Of a stretch of 64,000 nucleotides of DNA, positions 34,392 through 48,050 are shown piece after piece. A program made the translations under genes and the position numbers. Where the stretch lies: the NCBI GenBank assembly GCA_011109175.1, contig RDEW01000099.1, positions 26,960 through 90,959 on the forward strand. Reading direction: 5' to 3'. Origin of the DNA: Dicyema japonicum (lineage: Eukaryota > Animalia > Dicyemida). Under the pieces are notes generated by a model. It made no database searches, had not been told where the DNA came from, and was given only the letters and a program-made list of their open reading frames with translations. Positions within the stretch are counted from its first letter, which is position 1, and each line of letters begins with the position of its first letter.

Positions 34392-36099
34392 ATCTAATGA
34401 ATGCTAAGTAATGGGGAAAAAATAATCTTTTTGCAGCCGCATCTTCGGCACTACTGAATAAGGAGACAGCACGCTAATTGAACCAAAAAAATCAGAAAGG
34501 ACATAGATAATCTTCGACCAAGTGACTACCAGGGAGAATTGAACTAACGAATGATTAGTTATTGTGCTTCAGCGTAAACTGTCGCTTCATAATAAAGTTT
34601 TTTAGTTTGGCCCATTTAACAACCTCCCGTCATCTCGGATACCATGAAAATCTTATATTAGTCTATAGATAGTATATTGAAAGCTTATTATTTTATAAAA
34701 ATTCAATAAATTAGTTTCTGTAAAATCTTATTAACTTTAATACGTGAAGCCTGTGACACGTGATCCTCCAATTTTGGTCGGACTGATTTGAACACAGATA
34801 CTTTGTAATCCCACACTGTTTGTTGTGTTCATAAATTTGGGTTTATGATGTATCTTTATGCTGACCATCTCGTTTATGCTGACTCGTGACACTAGCAAAG
34901 GATTATGGGATTAACAGTCTCGAAGGATCTTGAAGGGAGCAGAGTCTTCAAAACAGACGAACATGGGCAAAAATTAGAAATTAGTAAAATTAGAAGATTT
35001 TCAAGGAACTTGTGAGAAGAAAGGGACGCCTCCGAAATTCCATAAAGTATCTCTTACAGAGAGGAATTGCATCGGTTCTCATGACACAGAGCATAGATGA
35101 GGCCGTAATTAACTGACTGCCACGTATTTCCTTTTAATTTGTGATTCTTGGTTTAATGAATAAACTGATTATAATCATTATTTTTGAGAGTGAAAAAAAG
35201 ACGTTACTAATAAATCACGTTCCAGCTGTCATGAGACATTGACATAACGGTCGTCTCACCCTGGATTGTGAAAAATAATTTACGTTTCAAGGTTGAGTCG
35301 TGTCGCAAGCACATTCCTGATTTTGTTAACGACACCTTTACGCATTCTCTAACCTCCATAGAAATTTCGAAACCGATCGGGATGAAACTGAAACGGTCTC
35401 CAATGGCGAGTGTTAATTTTATATCCTCCTTTAATAAAACGATTAACTTCCAAAACGTTATAAATTAGAAAGCAATTCTCATGATTGAACGCATTCTCTT
35501 AACTATTTGAGAAGACACCCAATACCTGGGCAGAATTCAAAAAAGATTCTTCTTTTCATCCCACTGAGAGACTACTTTGCTGCTTTTTTTCAATTTCATA
35601 CTAAAAATTGTTACGTTTCGTATATATGTAGATGCCAGATGATACTAATTATTTGGCATGAAGATAACCTTAGTGAAAGGTAAAGGGAGGTCTTTATATC
35701 ATCGGGACGACTCCCAAGTCTTGTTTGTTGATTGCAGTTGAGTATTGAGTATGTGACCTGAGTTTACTTACGCTTCTCTAATGTGTGTTAACTGATCCAA
35801 ATATCATTATGTTCACCGTAAATGATATGTTATTGAAGCTGAGTAGAAATTTCAGAATGAAGACGATTGACATTTGGAAGAAGAGGACTTTTTGAATTAA
35901 AATTTAATTTTTTATTAAAAAAACTAGACTACAAACTTTTATATAAAATGTGATTTTAAAAGAATCCTATACACACTTGATTATTAAAATCGTAATCTCC
36001 TCTCTTGAAGGTTATTTTGTCTATAATCGTAATAACAGNTAACTTTTAGAAATTGTAGTTTTTTCCAACATTGACGGTGGAGAATAAACATCTTTCGCT

Positions 36100-36720
36100 T
36101 ATTTTCAGTTCTTTTTCAAGTGAATCACTCCAAACCTTAATAAATTTAAACTTAACAACAGCTTTATCACATTGCTCACAGTAGGTCATTAAATCTGAAA
36201 TAATTCTGGGCACCCAAAAAGTTCCTTCTTTTCGGTTTCAGTAAAAGATTTTTTGATTAGAGAGTATCGACCACACCAAATTTGCTGAAACAATCAACAA
36301 ATGTCAAAAGCTATAGAAAATTAATGAGAAAAAATACGCATGAATAACCAAGTTTTTGTCAGAATAACGTCGCAAATCGATCAGATCGGCTATATATATG
36401 TCGCGTGGTATTTTGCCACAATTGGTGTGTTATCGGAGGTTTTGTTTCCAAAACCCTCTTAAACACACAAATGTACATCGCTTTACAATATCTCCAACTT
36501 CGCTCTTTGTCACATTGTAGTACAGCTTTTCAAAATAATAAAAAGCATGTTCCTATCAATGTGGGATTTGTTGTGTTCAGACTAAAAACTTAAAGATTGA
36601 ATATACCTCAATAGTTAATCGTTTAGCTCTAGTTCGTCGTTTGCAAAAAATCGTAATTTATAATTTGTTTCCTACAAATGAGCAATTATAAATATACGTA
36701 GATATATGGCACATTGTTTT
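36100..36720 (-). mobile_element. Second Ginger/SCAND3-type integrase remnant
   Basis: HNKSHIDRNM...YYNVTKSEVGDIVKRC...KPPIT...DIYIADLIDLRRY...DCFSKFG...FGCPRII. Confidence 0.75.
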
Positions 36721-36954
36721 CAAACGTAAAACTACTGGCATGTCTTTTATAAGGCCTCTTATCGGATATTGCCAGATCTGAAGGGAACAAGTCAAATTCT
36801 TTAAATTCCTTAATTATTTTCAGATAGTGAAGAAACAATCGAACAACAAAAACCATCAGTCGCGTGTTAATAAAAGCGTGCTGAATAATTTTTTAAATAA
36901 TTTAAATTACTTATTATTAAGAAACAAATTAATAATAATAACATAATAACAGCC

Positions 36955-37150
36955 TTTTTTCACGGAGCCGTGGTATTAGCTCCGCATAGGCAGGACACAC
37001 ACTTTATTTAAGTAAAGGACAGTTAATTTTAACTAATCGTAGAACCAAGGAATGATCTTCACTTCTTTTTTTTTCTTTTTCTTGTGTGAGTGTCCTTTCT
37101 AGACAATCCAGTTCCGCAGTGAGTATTCACTGATGACGGCGTCACTCGTC
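36955..37150 (-). pseudogene. Decayed paralogue of the 3' part of the 7519-7916 Cys-rich gene
   Basis: agtgacgccgtcatc, actgcggaac, ttccttggttct and tgcctatgcggagct align to 7530-7705. The copy reads SDAVISEY...CLCGANTTAP* with frameshifts. Confidence 0.7.
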
Positions 37151-39569
37151 AAACCTTTTCAAGAAACAATTTATATATTAAAAACTAGGTATTTTGATAC
37201 TGTACCCATTTTTCAATTTTATTTTTTCCAAAAAACTCAAAAAAGTGATTATTTTAAAATAAAATAATATATAGTTGTAATCCTTATCCAATAACGAACA
37301 AAAATATTATAATTATTTTTTAAATGATTAAAATCATTGACCATGTGTGGGCAGATACCACGTACGGGCTGTGACATAATATGATATTAATAATTTAATT
37401 AATTTTGAACACCTCACAAAAATCTCATTTTTAATGACACTATTCTTTTTTGATTTTACACAGTCCCATTTTTAATGACACTATTCTTATTTTGATTGGC
37501 ACTATTCCATTTTGATTGCACTATTCTCATATGAATGGAGAATGGTATAGTAATGGAAAGTTGATTGATTTGGGTCAGGTGATGTTGTAGATATTTAAGC
37601 TCCGCATTTTTAGGTAATCATTAGGACAACCCAAAAATTGCCATATACCACTAGTTCATACATTGCGCAACTCTGTAATCAAGAAGTACAAATTTGTCAT
37701 GTTAGATATCCATATTCGTTATGATCTCATCTTTTTCAACATAAATTACAGATGAAGTATGAGCAGAATAAAGTCAAGAACAATTCACAACATAGATCGT
37801 ATTGAAAAGAAAATAATCTTTTTATTCATTTTATATATTCCACGATTTTATAGATTATTGGAGGATGGATTTGGTTGTGGCTAGATAAAAACATAAAAAA
37901 AATTTTGGGTGACAGAAAAGTGGTCAACAGACAAAAAATTAGATGACAACACCTATGGATATTCGAATCCAAAAAAATAACGGAGAGACCTGGCCACCAT
38001 GATCAGGAAACCATTTGACCCCAACGAGCCAAAATTGTGAGAGTACATTAAATAGTCAAATTACTTTGTTTTTTCAACTTAACAGGGGGTCTTGAAATAA
38101 AATTTAATTTAATAACTCCCTGACTCTCCTCGAATGTTTGCCAGCGAGACCATTTTTGTTCCGAAAGTGTCTCAGAGGACCTTGACCGGGATTCCTCTGC
38201 GCAAGTAACCATTTTTCCAGCCTTAACAGCCTCAACTTATAGAGGCTTGCACATGTAAACCATAAACCATAATCATAACAACGGTAAATAGAAGTTAACT
38301 AGAGAGTTTCTCCTTCATTACTAAACGCTCGTATGTCCAGAGCCCATTAAATCAAAGCTAGTAAATCCTTCTGAAGTTAGTTCTTCCATAGTAGGTTCTT
38401 TTATCCAAAATGTCCTTCCCAAGTAGTCCCAATCCCCTGTAGGGACCAATGATGTGGGTAACAAAGTCCTGTATACCTTAATTCGCATGTAGAACATGAA
38501 TTGGTGTTGGTACAAAGTCCAACATGGAAAATATCAGAGCTTTGCATTTTTCGCTTTCAATATGTTCCTTTGCCTTTCAATATTCGTCTTGTAGTGGTTC
38601 CTACATCTTGTAATATTTGTTATGATTATGATTTATGGTTTTATATGTCCTGACTTGATTGTGGTGAAATTCACTATGGGTTAAGAGAATGAGGCTTTCC
38701 AAGACAGGTATTTCTACCTTTCCACGTGAAAATATTTGTCTCCTCATGTCTTTTGTTTTGGTAGTTATGTCCACGAGGTTCCAGTTGGATAGATTATCAA
38801 TCCTTCTCAAGTAATAATGCAACAAGGCCGTTTATCCCCAGTGTTAAAAAATAATCATAATTAGCTATACTAAAGAAATGTTTCGGTAAAGAGAACTTCT
38901 CAGAGATTCATATATATAATGGTAGAAATGAGACTAGCAGTATTATAAATAATGATGACAACTTAAATTTTCTCAGCTACAATTATAAACAACTGGAGAA
39001 GCATAATTTGCAGATTTCTTTGATTTATTATTAATTATTTCCATTTTTCCATTTATTAGCGTATCAAGAGTACAGTCTAATAGAATTAGTAACATGATGG
39101 TGATCATCAACGACACGTCCTCGGCGACATTTTCGTTCAACATAGAAAAAATTTTTGATGAACCTAGGTATATCAGCCACGATATACGTTTAGTTCATGT
39201 TAATATGGATTATGGTGAAATTTGTTTTTGGATTTTTCTCGACGTCTCCGCATGAAAAGAGTAAAATGCGATATTATCCATGTCTCTATCATTCCATGAT
39301 ACCAAACATGTGAACATGTACGAAAAGTAGATTGAGTCATGTTTATCATGTGCATGCTCCACGTGGCGATTGTCAATATTTAGACAAATATGTTGAAATC
39401 GAGGAAATTCAAAAGAAGGCTTCGAATACGAAGCGGTGGATTTGTGGGGAATAAAAATTCAATCAAGGCATATGGATCACGTGATAGTTATTTGGGTTCA
39501 TCCTGTAATAAGAATGTTAAATAAATAAATAAAATACTAACTTTGTTTGTCGTTCTTAATCACTATTGC

Positions 39570-39790
39570 TTAGTTAGTTAGTTGAGTAACCCCGGCCTCA
39601 CTAACTTTTAGAAGGCCAGTAACTACTAAGTAGTAAGCAGCAAATGCCGTTCGCTTACATAGATTGGTCAATCTTTGCATCGTAGATGAACATTTTGTTA
39701 ATTCAGAATATTTAATTTGGTGATTTGTTGTCAACTCGAAGAGGTTGCAAAATCATATACCAAAACTATAAAATGGAACGAGTCAGGATC
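39570..39790 (-). mobile_element. LINE 3' end with (TAAC)n tail, paralogous to 49120-49620
   Basis: ttagttagtt(g/a)agtaaccccggcctcacta is shared with 49120-49150. Confidence 0.65.
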
Positions 39791-41089
39791 AAGGAGTTTG
39801 TTATTTTTGTTACACTTAGTCTTTGGAATTATTTTATTTTTTTAAATAATAATGATATAATTTATTTATTTATAAATAAACATTTAAATGTTGCGCCAAC
39901 GTTATTGTTGTGCTACTGGCTAATTGAAGATTTAATTGTTTCCGTGCTCCACGTCGTTCACCATCACTGTTGGTGGCAGATATAAGCCTAAATTATATTT
40001 TTTAAAAGTACTATTAGTCATTAACCATCCAGAGGAGTTACTCCGGACGACACTTCCTTCAAGTTACAGCATCAAAGACTGCTGAGTGATGCCGGGATTA
40101 CCTGAATTTTTTCATTCTGTTTATAAAAGTTTCTGTTTCAATAAATTTAATTAAACTGCACATAATTTAGGATGCTTGAATCACCAAGCTGCTTCGTCTG
40201 ATAATAGACCATAAACCTATCCGACGTACTAGATCGTCCGTGGTGACCTTGGATTTCTAATGTAATGAGACAAACAAATGATCTTTTGAAATGCATAGGT
40301 ACTTCTAATTATTGGGACATGCAAAAAATTAAGTACGCTCTATCCAGAATGATCGGGGTTGCAATAGACTTTTAAATAATGCCAACGTTGATCTTTTGTT
40401 TCAACAGTATATTTCCTAACTTTCGGTCCTGGGTTTAGATAAAATGTATTTAGGATATGAGAATACGGTTAAGAATTTAACACTTCACATTCATAGTTGA
40501 GACAAACCATCTAAATATTTTATAAGATTCATCTCCCAATACTTTGGCGACTTCCTTTCTAAATAATCTTCAACGCATTTATAGGTGTCGCGATTCACTA
40601 AGGTCTAATACATAAAAAAATCTATTAGCTAGAAATTAATTAAATGTATTGAGATTTCTCAATATCATACAAATATTTATCAAGAAGAAAAAAAACGATC
40701 AGTGATTTTAGTTATTAGAACCCATCCAATGGAGAGGGGATAGAAAATAGTCATTTTCCATGTACCAAATCACTAGGCACCTCCTGAAAAAGCACGTCCT
40801 CAAGTAGAAAAAGTTGATAGAACTTTGTGGTTGTCATAAGTTCTCGAGTTTTACGACTTCCATGTCTATTGTTTGAAAGACTTCTTTATATTTGTATTGA
40901 GTAGATTGGAATACGGCACATGGGAAACTTAACTGATTTATGTTTTTTCGGGAGTGCTTTTAAATAATAATAATAATATTTTACTGGAAGATGTTTTAAT
41001 TTAAGTTTACTTAGCAAATGACTGTAACCCAATTAATGACCCAGATTAGCTAATTTGGAATTTATTTGAAAATAATAGAATCCGAAGAG

Positions 41090-41504
41090 TACTAAGTGGG
41101 AAATCAAAATAATGTATATTGAAAATAATAATATCGTATACGTGTTCGTTGATCCTTAGATAAAGGATGAGTCAGTCGATATTGAAAATGAGTATTCATA
41201 AAGATTGGACAATATTTATAATGAATGTGGATTGTCTCGTGAACATTCACATATATTTATTTCGGCAAATATTTCTGATGGTAAATATCGGATTTTTGAA
41301 TTTTATTTTTGTTTAAAAAAAATGAAAGATGAAAAGTGTTTGAACGTAGATCGAAAATTCAAATTGATCAAAAAAGGTAATAACTATAATTGTGGATTAA
41401 TTTCACAAAACTACTCAATGGATTTTCTATTGAAATTGCGTCTTTTAAATTACAACTTTTCCGAAATGATTCGACTTTTTGAATTTATTGGAAATGGCAT
41501 TTAA
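41090..41504 (+). pseudogene. Fragment of an unidentified, probably lineage-specific protein gene
   Basis: Open, protein-like frame DNIYNECGLSREHSHIFISANISDGKYRIFEFYFCLKK..., extendable upstream through stops. No family recognised. Confidence 0.25.
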
Positions 41505-42539
41505 TCATCTTTATTTTAGAGGATTGATGTTTGAAACTTCGACAATTCCAATCAACCTCGAAAAATCAACCGAAAGATATAAAAATTCACTAAATTTCGA
41601 AAAATCTGCGTAAACATCTAATAATTGGAATTGCATGCGGACTAATCGGCTTTTCTATAACTGGAGTCTTTGTTACTTTTCTCCAGTAGCCCTTGTGGAA
41701 TCCAGTTATGGCATGGAAAGTCTACCTAGCTTACTAATAGATGAAATCCTTTGTCTTCCTTTTCTAGAGAATGGACATTTGACGAAATCATAGGATATCA
41801 GAAACAAGAATTTTGAACAAAAGAAGTCTGATCACGCAGACTCTGAGCTCTAATCTCATCTAACCAAGCCAATTTCTCGTTTCCTACCGTGTCGTTGAGT
41901 CTGGATAACAAAATACTAACCTCCTTAGATCCTTGTCTCAGGAACAATGGAATGTTGTTTTCTCCTCTGTAATTTAGACTCTTATTTTAATGATGATACT
42001 ATGTACTATTTGATAGAGATCGATCTCCCGAAAACGATCGACTCTCACAAGGTATAATGAGACACTCAGTTTAGAAATTTTGGGATATAATTACTGCTTC
42101 CTCGAAGGATCACTGATGATTTTAGAATTAAAGTAGTGTTGATGCCGAATAGATTGCGCTACATGGCTCATAGCCAGTAAATATAGATAAATAGCCATGG
42201 TGTGTGATTACAGACTGAGTGAGTTCAAAGTAAGAGTTGTTTGTAATTAAGCCGTCAGTTCGCAATCAAAAAACGAAATTCTGGAAATACTTTTGGTACC
42301 CTTAACTTGGATACGTTAATTCGTGATTTTAATAATTTTTATTTAATATTTTTTTGTATTCAAACTTCGAGATCTCAGATTGTATAGCTTTTATAGACTC
42401 TGTTTTATAAGGTTGTCTACAACCACCGCTCATGAGGGGTTGTCCCCCTTTTACATTACTTGGAGACTGTGGCTACATTTAGAATAGTTATTTTTTGTGA
42501 GAAATTCTTCATTTCAAGTTTGATGGAGATACAGGTGAG

Positions 42540-42680
42540 GACAGTGTCGTCATCTAGTGGGTTCCGACGCTACGAATGGGAGGGCATTGATCCAAGCGCC
42601 ATCCATTTACATCTTTCAGTGTCTAGACAGGCACGTCGGTGTTGGTTTGATTGGTTCACAAGCCTTTCATATTTGAATAA
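42540..42680 (-). mobile_element. CRE-like RT C-terminal fragment, copy of 51905-52025
   Basis: RACLDTERCKWMALGSMPS...PLDDDT resembles CRE SGxWLxAxPS...LDD. Nucleotide match to about 51.9 kb. Confidence 0.6.
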
Positions 42681-43249
42681 TAAAAATTAATAGAATCTAA
42701 AATAGATGTAGTTCTAAAAATAGAAATGCTAATCACAAGTATTTAGTAATATTTAAATAATCAAATTCCAATTAAGCGTAACTAGTTCCCACGTTCTCAA
42801 AAGCAGAATCAACACAAGTCCATCCAGAACCTGGGAAAAATTTTGTTCTAAGTAAGAAAGTTAAAGCTCGAGTCTGAGGGAGACCTTTGTTTGTGTCTTC
42901 AACTCCGCAATACTTCTAACAATGATATACGGTTAAGAGGGATGTTATGACTCGAAAAGAAGATTTCGAAAACCAGCCTAAAGTATCTAGGACTTCTCTT
43001 TCAAAGATTATCTGTTTTTGATTGATTTTTTCTGGTAGAAGTCGGTTGGCAAGTCCTACCTTTAGTATCATGTCGCAAGCTGAAAGTGATACTTTGTCAT
43101 TCGCTGTCATACAAATTATGTAAAGACTACAGAGTAACTCAAATCTACGGAAGACTTCCCAGAGTAAAGGGATTGTTGAAGGATTCGATCAGAAAATCAC
43201 AAAAGTCAAACTTTTGGATAACGTAAAAAAGGTTAAAATTTAATTTTTA

Positions 43250-43830
43250 TGGTCAATAAAATTTTATCCCCACTGTCCTTGGAGTCAAGTGCGACAGCCT
43301 TCTCAATTTCAACTCCCACGCAACAGACATGATTACCAGGGGCCTCCAGAAAGTTAACGTTATACGCGCCCTTGTTCGGAGGACCACGAGGAACATGGAC
43401 TTTTCCGTTTCTACCCTCTACCAACAAACAATCGCGCCTGCCGTTGCATGGAGAATCGGGCTATCGGAGTCTATGGTCCAAAAAATCAACTCGATATACC
43501 GGAAAACAATCAGTATGCTTTGCCCTCGTAATGGATCAACAGTCGACCCACTACTCATGGAAGCTAAGATCCGTAGTCGTGGCTCCGGATTTCTTCGCGT
43601 CTGTGAGGAAGATGGAAATCCGCTTCGCCTGATCCTTTTCATGGCAAGAGAAAACCGATTGGATAAGAAATTCCCCTCCCCGATCGGATTCCTCTGCAAG
43701 ACCGAGAGAAGGCTCTTCCGGAAAGTAGTGGGGACGATGAAGATCACAGACGTCGAATGGCACAATTGATTGCGAGGACTGGGATCACCTAACTGTTTGA
43801 CTCTTTTGTCTTTCTTTCTCGTGTTCCCGG
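43250..43830 (+). mobile_element. I-like LINE RT C-terminal part and 3' end
   Basis: TVLGVKCDSLLNFNSH...RGLQKVNVIRAL...STLYQQTIAP...DPLLMEA. It ends in ctttctcgtgttcccggggttattaaaaaa. Confidence 0.7.
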
Positions 43831-45349
43831 GGTTATTAAAAAAATAAATAAAATTTTATTAATTTTTATTTATTAATTTTTTGAGTTTTGCCGCGACGCC
43901 GCGTTGTCAAGAATGACATTGAAGATTAAGTCTGTTGCTAGAAAATATCCTGAATTAGGGCAACCGAAAAATAGCTCTTTCAACCGAGGCCGAACTGGCA
44001 CTACAACTTCAAAGATTTGCGTGGTGAGACTTTCAGTCATATCCCGATGATGTTAGGTCAATTTTTCTGTAGATCTGATAATTTTGGATTATTTCATTAC
44101 TCAATAACAAAGAAAGGATCACAAGTGAACGGAATATTTTATTATTGATTTTCCAAAATACAATTTTTCACCAAATTTACTATTTTATTTTGAAATTAGC
44201 CGTTTAAAATTTTCCACTATTTTTAGTTAATTTAGAATTTTCGGGGGTAGATGGTCTTTTTTGTGCCACTCGGCAGCCATTAGCTGAGTCAGTAGTGTTT
44301 ATTCATTCAAAACTGTTCCTGAACTCTTTTTTATTGCTATACGAGAGTTCATGGACAAGTACCCACAATTTATGAACCAGTCATTTAACTAACAATCCAG
44401 TATTCCTATTCAATGGAGATTTATACAAAATCTCAAATTTTGACCAGACTAGATTTTCGCTCAGAACAAGTCTTCCTTGTTCCGAAACTTTGTATATAAT
44501 GTCTCTTAGACTACACAATTTCGCTCATTCGTACGGATAGAAGCGAAGGGTCACATCCATCTTGAGAGATGGTAGTATTTCATGCAAAAAAGATACATTA
44601 ACCATCACTTACTAACCACAAACAAGAAAAGCCTTGTAACCGTGGATGTTTCATAAATCCACATTTTAGATGTTCAAAACAACGCTAAAGAAAAAAAGGA
44701 TGAGAAAGAGATTCATTTTGATTTTAAAAGATCTAATCAAAAGGTGATAGAAAAGTTAAGGATAGTTGGCTTACGGCACACGTGCGTACCTGTTTTTCGA
44801 TTATTTAATGTTGGTTTTTCTTGAGTTTATTCCATCGTAAAATAGATTATTGTCACCCTACAGTTTTACTGTAATTCTCAAAATATTGAAGTACTGATGA
44901 GTCAGACATTTTGCTAATTAGCTCGACTATGAAGGTAATGCCCATGAATTATTGGGCAGCCCTTTTCTATAGAAAGAATAATAATTTAAATTGTCATAGT
45001 CTGATGTCTAAAGCTGTCAAAAAAGCGGAAGGTTTCACATTTATTTGTTGAGAAATCGGCACAACGAGTTTCTAATAGGAATTAGAAATTCTCGTTCAGA
45101 TAAAAATCGAAAACGTTATGCAGAAGGATAAGCCGACCAAAATTACCTGAAAACCCTTTAGACCACTTCCGGACAATGTTGGGGATGATTAACAATCCAG
45201 GTGACAGGAATATAAGGATTTTTCAAGTTTTAGAAATTCGTTTACCATTTATGTTGATTCCGGATGGACTCTTTCTGTAGAAGTGGAAACTGGATACATT
45301 TAGTTAGTTGTTTACTTTAACTTCTTTCTCGGTGTATCCGAATTTAATA

Positions 45350-45485
45350 AAATTTTTTTTAAACAAAAAATTTTTTTTAACAATTAAACAAATGTCAGTT
45401 GAGGAAGCCTGCTGCGTGGATTGCGAACGAGTTCCCTCGGAGTATGGCTATTGAAATCTTTTGTCTTAGCCATAACCCTTCGGTT
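45350..45485. repeat. About 135-bp near-identical dispersed repeat, inverted copy at 60342-60470
   Basis: cagttgaggaagcctgctgcgtggattgcgaacgagttccctcggagtatggctatt is identical in both copies, and the upstream AT flank is also shared. Confidence 0.9.
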
Positions 45486-46779
45486 AATAAATTAAATATA
45501 TTTTTATTGTGGCCGCATGACGTCATGTGGTGCTATGTGGCGTCATTAGATCTACCCTACAGAAGAGACGTCCAATGCATGGCCGGCATCAAGAGGATCC
45601 AACTATTCTTTTTCCCGAGGGACAATGTCGTTACCTGGAGACAAGTTCTGGAACGAGTCAGGATAACAGGTTAGTTAGTTTGGTTACCTTCGGTCTTTGG
45701 AGAAATTTAATTTTAATAAAATACGTTTGTGATCGCGGTTTATCTCATCTTAGTGTTGTTGCTCGCGATTTGTTGTGAGTTCGACTCCCATACCGCTACA
45801 TAGTTTGAAAAATTCTTTTCTGCCTTTTGCTTTCCTCAATTCTTAAAAGGCGTTATGATTTCCACTTGACTCGCAGATTCCAGTGTTTGACACAGTTCCA
45901 AAAGGTTCCTTCTCTTCTTTACTCAAGTGGACGAGTACCCACAATAGAAAATATGGATGGGCGTGATTCTTGGAAAAGATCCGCCTCTCTCAGACCATAG
46001 GAGCTATATATACCTTAATTATGCGTTATTTAACTCCTGAACAGAATCAATAAAGTAATAGCCCTTAAGCACTGAGCCCACAATGAGAGTCACCCTCATG
46101 ATCGCGAGCCCAGTGTTCTGGAAGAGCCATCGTGTCATTTTAGGATCACCCTTCCGCAGTCTTGCAAACCTCACAATTAACCTGATAAACTGACATGGTC
46201 AGGACATGCACGCAAGACGTCTCCATTGGGATCAAGTGGAAAGTGAACAATGCTGCGGTACTTACTTCCTTCGTGTCTTCATCAATACTCTCTGCGGAAC
46301 TCGCATGCACAATTACATGAACATATTCGCGTTAGAGAAGTGTCCCTGCATATTATCGAAACACGTCCATTTTCTCAACGCCATGAAAACTCAACCACTT
46401 ACTATCACCTCTTTCAAAATTTCTGGTATATGGAAAAGTCAATATGAACTGACGTTTATATTATTTCCTAAAAATAAAGTTTTTAAATGATCTTTGAATA
46501 TTCGTTCTATTCGTCGTTCTGATCAACTGATTTCCCACTATTCTAAAATTAATGTCCTCAAGATTGATGCAACCTATTCTCCTACATAATGGACTCTTAA
46601 GATATCAGATAAGCGAAAATTTGAAATAAAGCAAGTACACCAGGTCCCTTTAAGTAGTAAACATGTGGCAAGCATAGTTAGTTAGTCAAAAGCTCGTTCA
46701 TGTTTTCATGACTATGTCGGGTTTCGGTTAAGCCAGACTTTCAACAAACTTCACTGTCATGAGTGTCCGGGACATTTTG

Positions 46780-47330
46780 TCCCTTGCTCGTATTCAAATA
46801 TCATCCAAGTCATCCACGGAATTTAAATTTTTCCGATCCTTTGGTAGTCTTCTTTTATGCTGCCAATGTCCGTCTCGAGTTCCCTCGGAAAGCTGGTCTT
46901 ACGTTCGAATTGAAATACCCTTCCATGGAAGTATACTTAGGACATGCCCAAACAGCCTATCTGGACTATAAAATTTCACGGTTTGTTGGTTTAGCGTTGC
47001 ATATTTTCCTGGACCATTGAATTTTAGAATGGTCCTGAGGTGACTCCGATGAAACACGTCAAGTTTACCCAACTCTTGTTTACTTGTCCCCCAAAGTGCC
47101 CTAGTGTATAACTGAATGGACGGATAAACGTGTTATACAATTTTAGCCGTAGTCAAGAGATGTGCCTTCTTTGTATCTAAATATTCCACATTTTCTTAAA
47201 GAAGATATTAACCAACATCTCCTGCTGATATCCTCCGGGTCTCCCAGTACTGAACCAAATTTCTTTTCGTATCTCCATTTTTATCATTTCTTAACGAAGT
47301 GCGTCCAATTTGTGCATAGCCTGTTTTGTT
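46780..47330 (-). mobile_element. RTE-like RT C-terminal fragment
   Basis: KLYNTFIRP...ELGKLDVFHRSHLRTIL...FGHV...MEGYF...FRG. Confidence 0.65.
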
Positions 47331-47339
47331 GATGGCTAC

Positions 47340-48050
47340 AATTTTAACACGATACGGCTGATTGTTAACATGTAAACTCAGAGAACGACTTAAATGAAGG
47401 AAGTGTACTCAAATGAGACATCACTATCGGGTAAGCTACACTAAGCATTAATTGGGTTACAACACTTTTCGAAGTAGCACGTGTTTTGGACGATAAACTA
47501 GCGAGGAGTTGCTTTTTTAGTAGTTCTTTGTAAAAATGTAACTTCCTAGTTTGGCCGACAATCTGTGAGTGATAAATTATCATTTCTCTGTAGGAAGCAT
47601 TTCTTATTATTTCTGATGTACCGAATATATCTCACATCACTGAACTTGGAGGAATATTATTAATCCCAGGCATACAATCTTTGGTAAGCGCAGCACAAAC
47701 AGTCCTAACTAATTAATTCAAAAGAGGAACCCAAGGGGAACATCTGTTGTGCTGGCCAAATCAATCTTCCAATAGTACACTACAGGCTTCCGCTTCCGAC
47801 GAGAGGTGGAAAAATTGCTCAGCTTATTCCAATTTCATCGCAAGTTCTACTGTCGCGGACATCACTTCATTCTTCGGCGGAAAAGTTCTAATGTAATCTT
47901 CACCAGAGGATTTGGTCAGAAAAATCCCTTTCAACTACTTTGTCGTGCCAGAAGGATTCATCGCCTTACGGGTTGTATCTTTTTGACAAGAATTGACGTT
48001 TGCTGACAAATCCATCTTTCGGATTCGGACCCAAAACCTTCAAATCCAAT
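47340..48050 (-). mobile_element. Heavily deleted piggyBac-like transposase remnant
   Basis: Acidic N-terminus SDDIGFEGFGSESE and C-terminal NA...MIIY...FYKELLKKQLL pattern. Weak. Confidence 0.35.

Noticed and set aside
43372-43765. Several overlapping ORFs on both strands
   Set aside because: By-products of a relatively GC-rich LINE RT remnant.
43905-44120. Possible arginyl-tRNA synthetase anticodon-domain fragment (IKSVARK...LSTEAELALQLQRF)
   Set aside because: Resemblance is short and interrupted by stops; it cannot be supported without a search.
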